Shown here one piece after another: positions 20,752 to 32,086 of a DNA stretch of 64,000 nt (positions within the stretch are counted from its first letter, which is position 1; every line of letters begins with the position of its first letter). Position numbers and translations under genes: made by a program. The notes below the pieces were generated by a model, which saw only the letters and a program-made list of their open reading frames with translations, made no database searches and was not told where the DNA came from. The stretch is from contig NW_024704758.1 in NCBI RefSeq assembly GCF_018977255.1, positions 9,114,001 through 9,178,000 of the forward strand, in the 5' to 3' direction. The stretch is from Callorhinchus milii (taxonomy: Eukaryota).

Positions 20752-21163
20752 ATAATAACAATAATAATAATAATAATAATCATCCATCCTCCTCCTCCTC
20801 CTCCTCCTCCTGGCATTTGATACAGCTCCTCCTCATCGCGTCTCCGAGACGTCTCACGCGCGGCTTTGGCGCTCCCAAGCGAATCGACCTGCGTGTGCCT
20901 TGCGGGCGGAATCGAAATTTTTTGCGAAGCGCCACGGCCGAGGCCGCGCCGCGGCGTCCCCGCAAACAGCCGCGGACTGAAGTGACCCGATTTCTTTTTG
21001 CTCTCTCTCTCTCTCTCTCTCTTGAGGGATTATTATCGGGCGTGTGGGCTAAGGAAACTTGGCCAAGGTTTCGACCCCCACCCCCCCACCCCCCGCCGGG
21101 AATCGAACCCGGGTCTCTCACTTGCAAAGCGAGTGCTCTAACCACTGAGCAACAGGACTCCAC
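20752..21163 (-). mobile_element. Full-length tRNA-SINE nested in an older plus-strand SINE tail
   Basis: Intact head (ggaatcgaacccggg...aaccactgagcaacaggactccac) and (AAT)n tail at 20752. The outer copy is split into ...gataaggcgct (to ~20748) and aaatgcgaggattatt (from 21164). Confidence 0.8.
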
Positions 21164-21172
21164 AAATGCGAG

Positions 21173-21173
21173 G

Positions 21174-21219
<46 letters not shown>
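21173..21219 (+). repeat. (ATT)n microsatellite, tail of the outer SINE
   Basis: About 15 ATT units seen directly. Nearby: (CA)n 20640-20675, (CCT)n 20786-20810, (CT)n 21002-21021. Confidence 0.95.
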
Positions 21220-21220
<1 letters not shown>

Positions 21221-23854
21221 CTTTGTGACCACAGGAGACAAACAGGAGCAAAGCAAAGGCATGGGATATGAGTTTTTTTCAAAAAAAGAGTTAAAAGCCA
21301 CCCATACCATTCTGCTGATAAGAATAACAATGTTTACACAAACAACATCCCCGGGGGTATGTTTTTAATGGATAAGGTTTGAAGGCACTGTATAGGTCAG
21401 CAGATCCTGAACTAACTAGTGACCAAACATGGGGGATGGTGGGGTGGGGGGAGAGGTAAGTGGGGTCTCCTTGGAACTCTGCTGGCTCCAAGATGACAAT
21501 GATTGCAAAGGAATATCGAAATCAAGTCAACCCTTTTCGATGGCCCAGCTCCGGAGCCAGGCAGGTCCCCGGTACTCTAGGTTTCCGCTGATTATAGACC
21601 AGACATGATGCCAGCAATGACTTTGGATGAGGAAGTAAGATTGGCTAGGACACTGGATGAAATTCTCTATTTCTTTGAAATAGTACTAAGGGACTTTTCA
21701 ATTCCATCTGAAGGACCAGAATAAGTAGATCAGGACCCTTATTAGAAGGACGGCACGTTTAATAGTATTCTTCTTTATCAGACCTGCACTGAAGTATCAG
21801 ACTGGATTGCTAGCTCCTCTGACCCAATGGAAGACTGACACAAGGCATCTGGCTTGACTTATCTGGAGTGCAGCATTGACTATTATTTTCGGCAGGTTCA
21901 GGTAATTGATGCCATTATGTATATCTAATACATCAATTACAATAAGTTTATCAAATGACATTGTAACGTTAATTTTGAAATATTATTTTAAAACATACTA
22001 GTTGGTCTTTTAATTTTACCTAATTTATATTGTTTTTCATCACAGCTATTATTGGAAGATAAACCACGTTTGCTAAATTATTTCAAAGAACCTGTTTTAA
22101 TCAATGAATCATTGCATAACATTTAATATTTTGTAGCTTGCAGTGAATGTTTGAACATTGTGATCTTCTCAATTCCATTAGTGCTGCTCTGTTGTTCCAT
22201 AACTGTGAGCATGCAGGTTTGTCCTGTATTACTAATTTAAAAGTCTTTTGTCTGCCTTTGATTTCTGCCATTATGCATCACCTCCTCATGAACAGTGTAT
22301 TTCATTTCTCATTTGATTTTTCATCAGCCTGTGTGCTACCCATAGATGAAGACCACATGAAGCTTTGAAAGTGGTTTCACCTTTACAAGAGAACACAGGT
22401 ATTAAATTAACTACTCTTTGGGCCTGCCTGCTGCGTTTTAGTGGCAAACCTAAAGTAAGGTTCATTCAAGCGGGGGATCATAGAGGTACATATTGCACCA
22501 AGTAATGGTGTTAACCACTGAGCCACCTGCTCTGCTGAGTAATCAATTTTTCAGGTCTTGTTTACTTCGACAATCATCCCTTTAAAGAATCTAGCTGGCT
22601 TTAAACAACCACAGCGCTATAGCACCTGGTCTGATCCTTTATTCAGTAAAGCTGATGATAATGTTAGCTCTTCATTTCTTGTATACTTGTTTTCTGCAGC
22701 TTTTGTTCAATCTGAAATTTAAACTCTTGAATTTTGTATTAAATGTCCTGACTGACATTATTATTGTTCCCTTAAAAGCCAGCAAAGAACCATGGTATGC
22801 TTAATACTTGTAGATGGTTGACTGGGAACGGCTAAACTGCTACTTGTATGAGTTAAGAAAGAAAGTTTGTATTAGGACTCGGGGATCAATATCTAACTCT
22901 TTATTGTGAAATGGATATTCTATATCCTGGGCATATACTATTATGTGAGCTTGTGGTGTCCTTGGAGTCTAATATGTATGGAATAGTTGTGGGAGAGAGA
23001 ACCGCCTAATCTGTGATTCGTCTTACTATAATGTAGCTTTCGGAAATGGATTTTTATAGATTTGTAACAGAGGATCAAATTAGAGAAAAAGTAATTCCTG
23101 ATTTGTGGATAAATTGTGGTGTTTTGCTTTGCCACTGCTGATAGTCTATGTTAAATGTATTTCAAGCACTCTTCTCCCTTTCCACTGTAAATGTTCTACC
23201 ACTGCCAATGGACTCATCAGTGAAGTTTGTACATTTTGAATTAATCCATTTCTAATGCAGGGTTTCTCATACTTACAACTTTTGGACACACAGCACTATT
23301 TGTTTTTAGTCAAAACTGATCAGAGATTGTAGTTGTTGAGTGGTTGACATCTAAAGTTGCACACAAAAAAGACATAGTCATTCTCCCCCATTTATGTCAT
23401 GCAGACTTACAGTTGTGCTTTTTGGATTGTAACAATATGTAACTTTATAGTAAATACTATATTATCCTGGCTACTGAAGGAAAAATAACTAGAATCTTAG
23501 TCCATAAAGTACTGTATCTTCAATTGAATAGTTGTTTTCCCTATCTTTTTTCAAATTGTCCCCACAAATATCTGTAACTTAATAGCAACCACACTTGCAA
23601 TGACTCAATGATTACATGTATAGATGAGGTTTGTTCACAGAAACGTTTTTCCTGGATAAGAAGTCAGTTATACAGCTACGCCTCAATTACATTAATTATA
23701 ATGTAATTATAATTAATTGCTTTTGATAAGTCCACTACAATAATCTTAGTTCAATAGAGTTGTAGTAGATTTTATGCTGTAAATTTTTTTTTAAGCATAG
23801 GTTAACTAACAGGTAAATACAAATAGACATAACATTATAGCAGGTCATCCTTAC

Positions 23855-24120
23855 CTCTAGTATGAAGATAATGTTGATATCTAATGGATCTCTTTAGGCA
23901 ATGTTATCTGCGCCCTTTAAAAGGCTGATCTTGCTTGTAAGAATTAGAAGGCAAAACATTAGATTAACGTGCAGTTTACAGGCAATTTAGATGATCGTGA
24001 AAGTTTGCAGCTGGTGTAGACAGTACCGAGCACTTCCCAGATGAGGATAACTGTCAGTCTGCGCAGAACAAATGCAGCAGAGATGTGGTATGTTGTAAAG
24101 GTGCAAGATAACAAGGACAC
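23855..24120 (-). promoter_or_regulatory. RAG2: Candidate RAG2 lymphoid promoter and non-coding exon 1
   Basis: Minus-strand donor AG|GTAAGG at 23854. Upstream cluster: CAGCTG 24008, TTCCCA 24034, CAGATG 24038, overlapping GATA/Myb GATAACTG 24046, TGTGGT 24084, AGATAA 24106. Confidence 0.35.
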
Positions 24121-27100
24121 ACATGCTTACATCACTTTGTTTGTAATACCTTCCATATACAACGTGTGTTAATATCTGCACCCTCCAACAGGGTATAGAA
24201 CTCACTGGACTGCCCGAATTTTATTTGATTTTGTTTGTCCATTGTTAACTTAATTTTACATCTGATTTAAAAGTAATTTAAGCCATTAAAAGTAAGACTC
24301 AAAACGTTTCCCTGAATCTCATGTGGTTCCAAATTGTATGGAATATAATGGGAGATAAAGATGTCGTGCCGTGACCTGGTGGCAATGATTGTATGTTTTT
24401 TTACAGTGCAGACTTTATTCAGTCTCTAGTCACTACATCATACGTTCAATTGATTCATCAATATAGTCTTAACCTGAGTACCAGTGTATTTTCAGTTACA
24501 TTCTAGTATCTTTGCTAAGGGTATTGATGGAAAAGACTTTAGACATCACTTGGGGATTCAGATGGTAATATCATTTTGCCTTAGTTCACCGAATAGAATC
24601 ACCACTAACCCTATGCTTGCTTTGTTGATTCATTTAATAATCAGTTCTGTTAATCTATCTTCCTGGAAGAGGACTGGAATTTAATGCTGAAGAATTTCAC
24701 ATTAGCTTGTTTCAGTTTTGTCTGTTATTCGTTCAAGAGATTGAAGTCACTGCAGCAAATAATAATAGTAATAATTCTTGCATTTGATATAGATCCTTAC
24801 CGTGTCTTCTAGACATCTCAAAGTGCTTCACAGATTAGACAGTAAAGTGAATTGACTTTACTGATTGGGAAAACTAGCGTCCAGCTCTGTGCCACCCTGC
24901 AGTATTCAGGCCACTTCCCCAATTGCATGGATGTGTGAGTGTTCACCATTGTTTACCAGGTCTGTATGTTGCTGCCTGTGCAGTGGTTTGGAATCATAAC
25001 AACCCTCCCCAAGAACAGCAGCTGTGCTGAGCTAGTGAGCTGCTGCTGCAGCTGAAGAAATTAATACTTGTAGAACAGTTGCAAACTCCAATTTTGTCAG
25101 AGAGAACCATTCTACTTGACACATTTACTGTTTTTAGCACTTTCCCATATGAACTCCCAATAGGAAGCCCTGAAACACAGTAATAAAGAGGTGCAAACCT
25201 TGGGATGTTTTCCTGACTTGAAAGACGATATATAAATGCAGTTTGTTTTTGTAATCGTAAGGCAGCAAAAGTATCAGTATGGCATTTTTTCTTTTTTTTT
25301 AGGCATTGTCTATTTGCTTCAAGATGGACTTTCTCCCATCTCCTGCAATGCTGGAGATAAAAAGCTAAAGAGTACCTCTTGCTTTTTCTGGCTTTGACTC
25401 CTCCTCACCGGCAGTCTCAGTACAGCAGAGACGATTCTATTTGAATCAATCTGCAGTCCCCTGGAATATAAATATGGAGTTAACCAGTGTTCAATGCAAA
25501 ATGTTTAAACGGAGCATTTAGGTTTGGTATACAGAAGATAAAACTCAATGATGTCATAAAACATTAAAACAAACTCATCAATATCCTCTATATTGATCTC
25601 CTCCCCTCTAGTTTCTATTTGCAGCAGAGTTTATATCAGCAAGCGAATACACTTTGAATGCTCCCAGTCTCTCTGATAATTCTCAATAGTATGGCGGATG
25701 TTTTACATAATTGTATTTATTGCAAGGCTGCCTTTGGTGCCAGCTTTTTATAATTCCAGATGAATTGAGCTTTTAACTCACGCTTGCATTGATGTGGTTT
25801 TTCCATCACCTGTTATATGGATCTTCCTGGATAGGAGTGAAGATCCAAAGGCTAGAAAACGTAAGTTTCAAAGGAAACTTACTGCTAGAACTGTGACTGC
25901 TGGAGAATTCCTGAGAGCAGATAGCCCCTGAGAATGAATTGTGATTGTGTCCCTCCACAAAACATTAATGCTGATTCAGGAGAGAGACCGCATCTCTGGA
26001 TCTGCATGACAACTGCTGTGAAACAAAATCATGTCCTCTTACCTGAGGAAATATCTGAGGCCATGAAATTTCACCTAATCACGGCATGTAACACCAACTT
26101 ATCTTACAAATTTAAAGCATGCAGAATTGTGGTTTTAGTCTTAATTTGGAATCCAGTTCTTTTTAAAAAAAATCTAAATGGTTTAGGATTTTCCACAATT
26201 CTGTGTGTTCTTCCATTTGATGACAAAATGGTCTTAGCAGGCTATGACAAGATGTAGTTTTAGGGCTTGTTACTCTCTAAAAGAATTATCAATCTATTAT
26301 ACAGTTGCACCAAATCAAGACCTTGGAATATTTTGGGGGAATACGTGAGTCTTAAATAACTCACTCAACATTCTTTACTGATATCACTGTAACGTGTACA
26401 TTATATATTAATAATAATCCTTGCATTTGATGTAACGCCATATCACATCTTCGAGACGTCTCAACGTGTTTCACAGAATATACTGGTCGTGGATTGAGTG
26501 ACCAAATTAAATCACGAGCTCAGTGAGTGGTGCTGGAGCACGTCTTCTAGCCTCATCTGTTGATATGGAAATTTGACTAAGTTTTTACAGACCCTCAATT
26601 CTTGTGTCTCTGATTATCCTAATATCCATCTTGTTAAAGTTTGAAACAGCTGTAGAATGTCCGAAGGAGCAAAACTGGGCTGTGAGGTGACCTGCAGGGA
26701 AATTCTATAGATCATAGAGAGAAGAAAATATTGCTTCAAATCTCTGTAATTTTATAAAAAAAATTATGGGTAAGTGAAACAGGTAAGAAATTATTGACTG
26801 ATTGGTTTCATGAGATTGGTTTCCATAGTTTAGGCCTTATTTAATAGAGGGAATGGCACTGTCAATCAATTGGTGAAATCAGTTGTGATTGGTAGAAGTA
26901 CTATACAGTCTTTGCCCATTTCAAGACCTGTCTTTTTCCGATCTCGCTTTCGGTCAACTTCCCACCGCCCCCACCCCCAACACCCAGCGGGTGGTTGCTT
27001 ATTCAGCTGTGTGACGTCCTCCCACTGTGACAGGCGCAATGTAAATAAAAGTTGTTGTACTGAGAGACAATTGCAGGAGTCTAGCTTGTAGAACCGTTGC

Positions 27101-28804
27101 GGTTAATTTTTAGAGTGGCTTTGGTTTTCAAGGAGATACTGTATTATACAATATATACTGCCGTTAACAGAATATAATTTTGCACAATTCCAGCAGAACC
27201 TTTGAACAATGTGACATTTCACGTCACCTGGCACTGAGTTTTCCCACAAATACATAGTATTGACAGCAATTATCGGTGAAGCACTTTGAGATGTTTGGAC
27301 ATTATAGTCATTCTATCAAATGCAAGAATTCTTATGTTATAGAACAAGCTGAAGTGTTCATTAGAGATATACACATACTCCAATCCAATAGGTTATTTCA
27401 AGCATAGAAAATATTTATTTACAGGCTAGGCATTCTGGCGTTTCTCCCTTAGATAATTCTGTTTGGACTGCAGAAAAAATAGTTGTTCCTTGAAATATAA
27501 TCACTTACCTTATTTTTTCACTTCAGGATGTATCACAGTAATCTAAGATAGGCCGTGGTTGTTAAAAGCTTGTTATTGTCCCTTTAAGTCATCCAGGTGA
27601 GTTTACCCCAATGCCTGGAAGTTGAAGAGGTGCGTGCAGTCCTGCCCTCTTCGAGCCGTTTTTTGATCGGTCTGGCTTCAAACAACGTAAATTCCCAACT
27701 CCATGCTGCTGTAGTAAACGCAAACAAACTTGGCACAGTACAACTGTGGTGCTGTGATTTATTAGAAATTGCCTTAACATAGTAAAAAAGTTGCATTCTT
27801 GCATTGCATTATTGTTAAGACTTAATCACTGTGAACAGTAACTTTAAGGTGCAGGTTCTCATGATGGTTTCTATTGAGTCTGAGCAAGTTATACACTGTC
27901 TTTCCCTGGCTGTTTCATATTCTTTATGTTGCATTTTGACATACTTTACAATTTGTTTGTGGTTGTTACTGTTTGAAGAGCTATTCCAAGAAAGGGAGCT
28001 TTGACAGATGTTAAAAAAGCTTACGTTTAGACCACATATAGAAAAGAAGCTTCCGTTAACTGCTTTATTGATCCCCATTATGCCTAAACTTTAATCTTTT
28101 ACTTTATGATTTTTTAAAAACTAAATTGGTATTAATCAACTTTCATTTGCACCTTAGTCCGTATTGTTGAAAATACTGTAGGGCTCCCAAACATTACCTG
28201 TTTTTAGCACTCTTAAGATACTACCTATGTGAAGGGCGCTATATTGTTGATGTTGCTATTCTGCAGGCTACAGTTTTTTTAATATTACTATTTGATGTAT
28301 AAATACAGCAAGAAAGTTGCCTGAATTCATGACAACTGAAGTTTTTTGCATCTGATTACGGTGATGCAAGAAGGAGAAAGATATGTTCCTCATAGGGAGG
28401 AGCGTGTTGGAGTAGGTATCCTGCACCGTTTTAGGAAGTCATTGAATTGCTCCCTCTCCCACTGCAGTTTAGTATTTTCCCCTTGCACTATTCCAGCAAT
28501 ACTCTGGCATTGTGCTGAAGTGCCATTTCTATTAACCACACATGCTCCACCCTGAAGAATATCAACAATTTGGGATCAGGAAGATGTATTTCAGTCGTTC
28601 TGCTAGCTCTCTTGTACTCTTCCCTTATTCTTCAGTCAATTTTTTTTTACACTCCCATCGTTTTGCTTATAGTTTTACCAGTTTTATTACTTTTACAACT
28701 GCTATCATAATCGGTACCTAAATTTGTGCTTATCTACATTATTTTTTCCACTTGTCTGCGAAAGCTGCTGTGTTACTTTTCTGCCGGAATAGTGCAAGAG
28801 GAAA

Positions 28805-28940
28805 ATACAACAACAATTTGCATTTACTTAGAGCCCTTCACGCAGGGCAGCGTCTTGGAGCGCTTAACAGTGGCGGAGTCTGCCGCCAAGCCTGGCGGAG
28901 TGAGAAGGTGACTGTAAGCATGGTTTGAAGAGGATGGTCT
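28805..28940 (-). mobile_element. L2 LINE 3' end fragment
   Basis: (AAC)n-tttgcatttac..cccttcacgcagg..ttggagcgcttaacag tail, similar to the copy at 53808. Confidence 0.65.
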
Positions 28941-30211
28941 CACTTACTTGGTAACAAGATCTGTTAACATTCTTGGTAACAAGATGGTCTCTTCAGCATG
29001 CTTGCCAGTTGTCATGCCACTCAGTCAGGGATCAGAAACTACAACGATGTATTTGAGATAAGCACATAGATTGATCATGCCATTGATCGATGGGTATAAT
29101 GAAGCTGCTTTTCAGATGCATTTAAAAAATAGGTGTTATTCACAATTCTATTAATCCTAACTCCCTCAGTGAGTGGTAGAATTCAAATCAATAGATAAAA
29201 GAATGTTTCCTGCTAGAAAACCACTGTGTTTTGCATAAACCACTCAAGCTGCCTTGTGTAAACATTTTGTGCTGGTTCATGTGAGATTCTCTAGAGAATA
29301 GATTTGCAGAAGTTAGCCCTTTAATACCAATGGTAACCATATGTTATGATTTAAAATGCCAGACAACCACTTTGCAATGTAACATCCTGGTTTCGGTTGT
29401 TAAAAAGCATTTGCAATTTCAGAAACCCACTGAGTTGTAAAATTTGCGCGGATAGTGTAATTTTTACTTTTCATTTATATTAAATGTTTGCTTTGGGGCT
29501 TTGTAAGTGTTGAGTGTAACATACTATTTAAAGTTCCACCTTCATCTCTTGAGTAATTGCTAATTATATTAGTAGAAATGCCATTCCTAAATTGTAGATT
29601 TAAAAAACATATCCTGCAGGTACAGCACTATTTTAGCCTATTTCCTATTCACACAAGCCGTGTTTGTATTAGTCATCAGCACTCTGCAATATTTATCCTT
29701 GAATTGCCATTTTTACAATATTTGTATGGCCTCATTTATGTTATGTTTATTTTTGCCGTCTGTTTTTGACTAAACACCACAGAGATTTTATAAATGTAAG
29801 ATTGTAAATTCGATGTTCCTAAAAGGCCCTGAGGGCCCCTCCTTAAATAATTTCAATGTTCTCTCTGAGTATGCAGGAATCATAGGTCTATTGAGTGTGT
29901 GACGACACATAGGTCGATATGAATGTAATGAAGTCTTTTGGGATTCTTCAAAATGTCAGATTGTTTGATATGACAGGTAATATAAATCCGATGTGCCCCC
30001 TCACATCATTCTGAGCCTCAGATGAAAATTACATTATAGAGCAGGTGTTAGAAAACAATAGCTTTTCAGAAGTATATTTTCTCTGCCTTGATACAGCTTA
30101 ATGAAATTAATGTATGTTACTTTTCCACATAATTACTGCTGTACTTCCCCCCCCTCCCTTCTGATAGAGCAAAATCTGCTGTTGTCTGCTGTCCCGTTGG
30201 AATCGGAAAGA

Positions 30212-30311
30212 ATGGAGCAGGAAATAATTCAAGATACTTTGGATAGATTTTGCAGTAGCCACGAGCAAACGTATGATGAATTTCTGGAATCCTTTCTTTA
30301 CTTGAATGAAG
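30212..30311 (+). CDS. IFTAP: IFTAP coding exon 1 (MEQEIIQDTLDRFCSSHEQTYDEFLESFLYLNE)
   Basis: Matches the C11orf74/NWC N-terminal motif (LD.F...HEQTYD.EFL..F). Acceptor ends at 30167, donor AAG|gtatgt. Confidence 0.92.
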
Positions 30312-30827
30312 GTATGTGTATCTGTGAGAATATAATACTGTGTTTAAATAATGATTACGGTTATTGCGAACACTGGTCACTTGATTTTGGCACTCCATTG
30401 CATTCTTGGAAGAACATTGCCATCCTTTAGATGAAAACAAGGTCCTATCTGCTTCAGAGTTTCTCCTGATGTCCTTGACAACAATCCTCCCGATAACTTG
30501 GTCATTCACCTCCTGACTGTTTGTGTCACATCAATGTATCCATGTTGCCTGTGTGTTTTCCTACCAATTATATTCGTTATAATTTACGGTAATTACCATA
30601 AAGTGCTTTCAGACGTTTCAACGTTCCAGGTGTTGTATCAAATGCAAGGTTTTGATATTGATTTTACCAATATGGACTAGTAAATTTATTGCAATATTAT
30701 AGTTAATGACCTAGTTAGAGGGCAGTTTGAGCAGTTGCTGGCTCAAACTGCCCTATGACCAGCTTATTAGCTCCAAAAACTGGCTGTCAAATGGCTTTTT
30801 CATGATGAAATTGGCTTCCATTTACAG

Positions 30828-30970
30828 GAAACCTGAAGCGACAGAAGGCAGTACCTCCAGAAATTGGTGGTGAAGCAGAGGATGATGATGACAGTCCACC
30901 CCAGAGAAAAGAGTCAGTAGATTCTGTACTAAATATACAGAAGCTAAATATATGCAAGCATGTTGAAGAG
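30828..30970 (+). CDS. IFTAP: IFTAP coding exon 2
   Basis: Acceptor catttacag and open frame GNLKRQK...KHVEE. Needs a phase-0 end, which the GC donor GAG|gcaggt at 30971 provides. Confidence 0.75.
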
Positions 30971-31300
30971 GCAGGTATTCAGTCTTGGCCAGATATGAGC
31001 AATAACTTGCTGATTTAGAGATTAAATTACTTTAAATTATTAGGTAAGATGTAGCTTTTCTAAGACCGTATGTTGTTTTATTTTTCTAATTTTATAGATT
31101 TGTTTCTAGCTGTCCAAGACAGTGATTTTAGTACAATATCTTGATTTATTTTTAAGGAAGCAATAGAATAAATGCTACTTTTCAAAGAAGAATTAAAAAA
31201 GTTTTCAAAGTCCTTCTATTGTGTGCTATAGTGGACTCTACTATGAAGCTTCTCTGCAAAACAGAATTTCTTCCACTTTTAATTTTTTTTTGCTTTGCAG

Positions 31301-31372
31301 TTCATTATTGATGAAGGATTGAAGGTTGGTAGCTTTCAAGAAGGGGACTTGTCACTCGCTGGAAGGATTAAG
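31301..31372 (+). CDS. IFTAP: IFTAP 72-nt exon (FIIDEGLKVGSFQEGDLSLAGRIK)
   Basis: Strong acceptor tttttttgctttgcag and donor AAG|gtaagc. Open only in phase 0. Confidence 0.75.
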
Positions 31373-31519
31373 GTAAGCAAGACACGTTTCAATCTCTTTC
31401 TGCGTTTTTCCTTTTTTAAAAAAAATTAATATGTCTGCAATTATTTTTCTAATTTTCTTCCCATTGGCATGTGGGGAACCCCTGTATGGAATTTCATAGG
31501 CCCTGGTTGACCTCCAGTA

Positions 31520-31797
31520 TACTGTCCACGTGGCTGTTATTCATGGTTACATCATCCACAGACATCGGATCAACTTCCACATGTATGCGGATGATACCCA
31601 ACTCTACCTCTCTGCCTCCACTCTTGACTGTCAGACATCAAGTCTTGGATCAGAGCTAATTTTCTTCAGTTGAACGTCAACAAGACTGAGGTTCTCCTGA
31701 TTGGCTCCCACCAGTGCCTCCACACCTCAGGCGCTGACAGCATCACCATCCATGGATGCACACTCCACCTTACTAAGCCAGTCGAGAACCTTGGGGC
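31520..31797 (+). mobile_element. L2-clade reverse transcriptase fragment, frameshifted
   Basis: INFHMYADDTQLYLS (YADD motif), then in another frame RANFLQLNVNKTEVLLIG...VENLG. Confidence 0.85.
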
Positions 31798-31857
31798 TAC
31801 CACATAGAAACAGGAGTAGGCCATTCAGCCCCTGTACTGATCTGTACCTCAAGTCCA

Positions 31858-32086
31858 ATTTCCTTACTCCACACGCCTAATAATAATCCCTCAAGAAAAA
31901 ACAATAATAATAATTGGTCACTTCAATCCATGACTGTTTGCAGGATATTGCTGTGTGCAATTGACTGCCGCGTTTTGCCCACAAATATACAGTCAATTCA
32001 CTTTACAGTATATTCTGTGAAGCGCTTTGAGACGTCTAGAGGACGTGAAAAGTGCTATATCAAATGCAAGGATTGTTATTATTATT
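31858..32086 (+). mobile_element. 5'-truncated tRNA-SINE, young-looking
   Basis: Highly similar to the body and tail of the 8795 copy. A CR1-type tail fragment (catagaaacaggagtaggccattcagcc, minus strand) lies just upstream at about 31803-31832. Confidence 0.9.

Larger units (their letters stand above)
19920..21165. promoter_or_regulatory. CpG island / bidirectional NWC(IFTAP)-RAG2 promoter region
   Basis: The only strongly GC- and CpG-rich segment in the window. It contains paired ZNF143 motifs and CCAAT, E2F and GC boxes. Plus-strand donors at 20430 (AAG|gtacca) and 20514 (AAA|gtgagt). Confidence 0.85.

Noticed and set aside
20780-21368. 176-aa and 183-aa minus-strand ORFs with poly-Ile
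   Set aside because: Artefacts of the (ATT)n microsatellite and the GC-rich SINE.
28947-28985. 14-bp direct repeat CTTGGTAACAAGAT
   Set aside because: A short local duplication next to an L2 fragment, with no array or CRISPR-like spacer structure.
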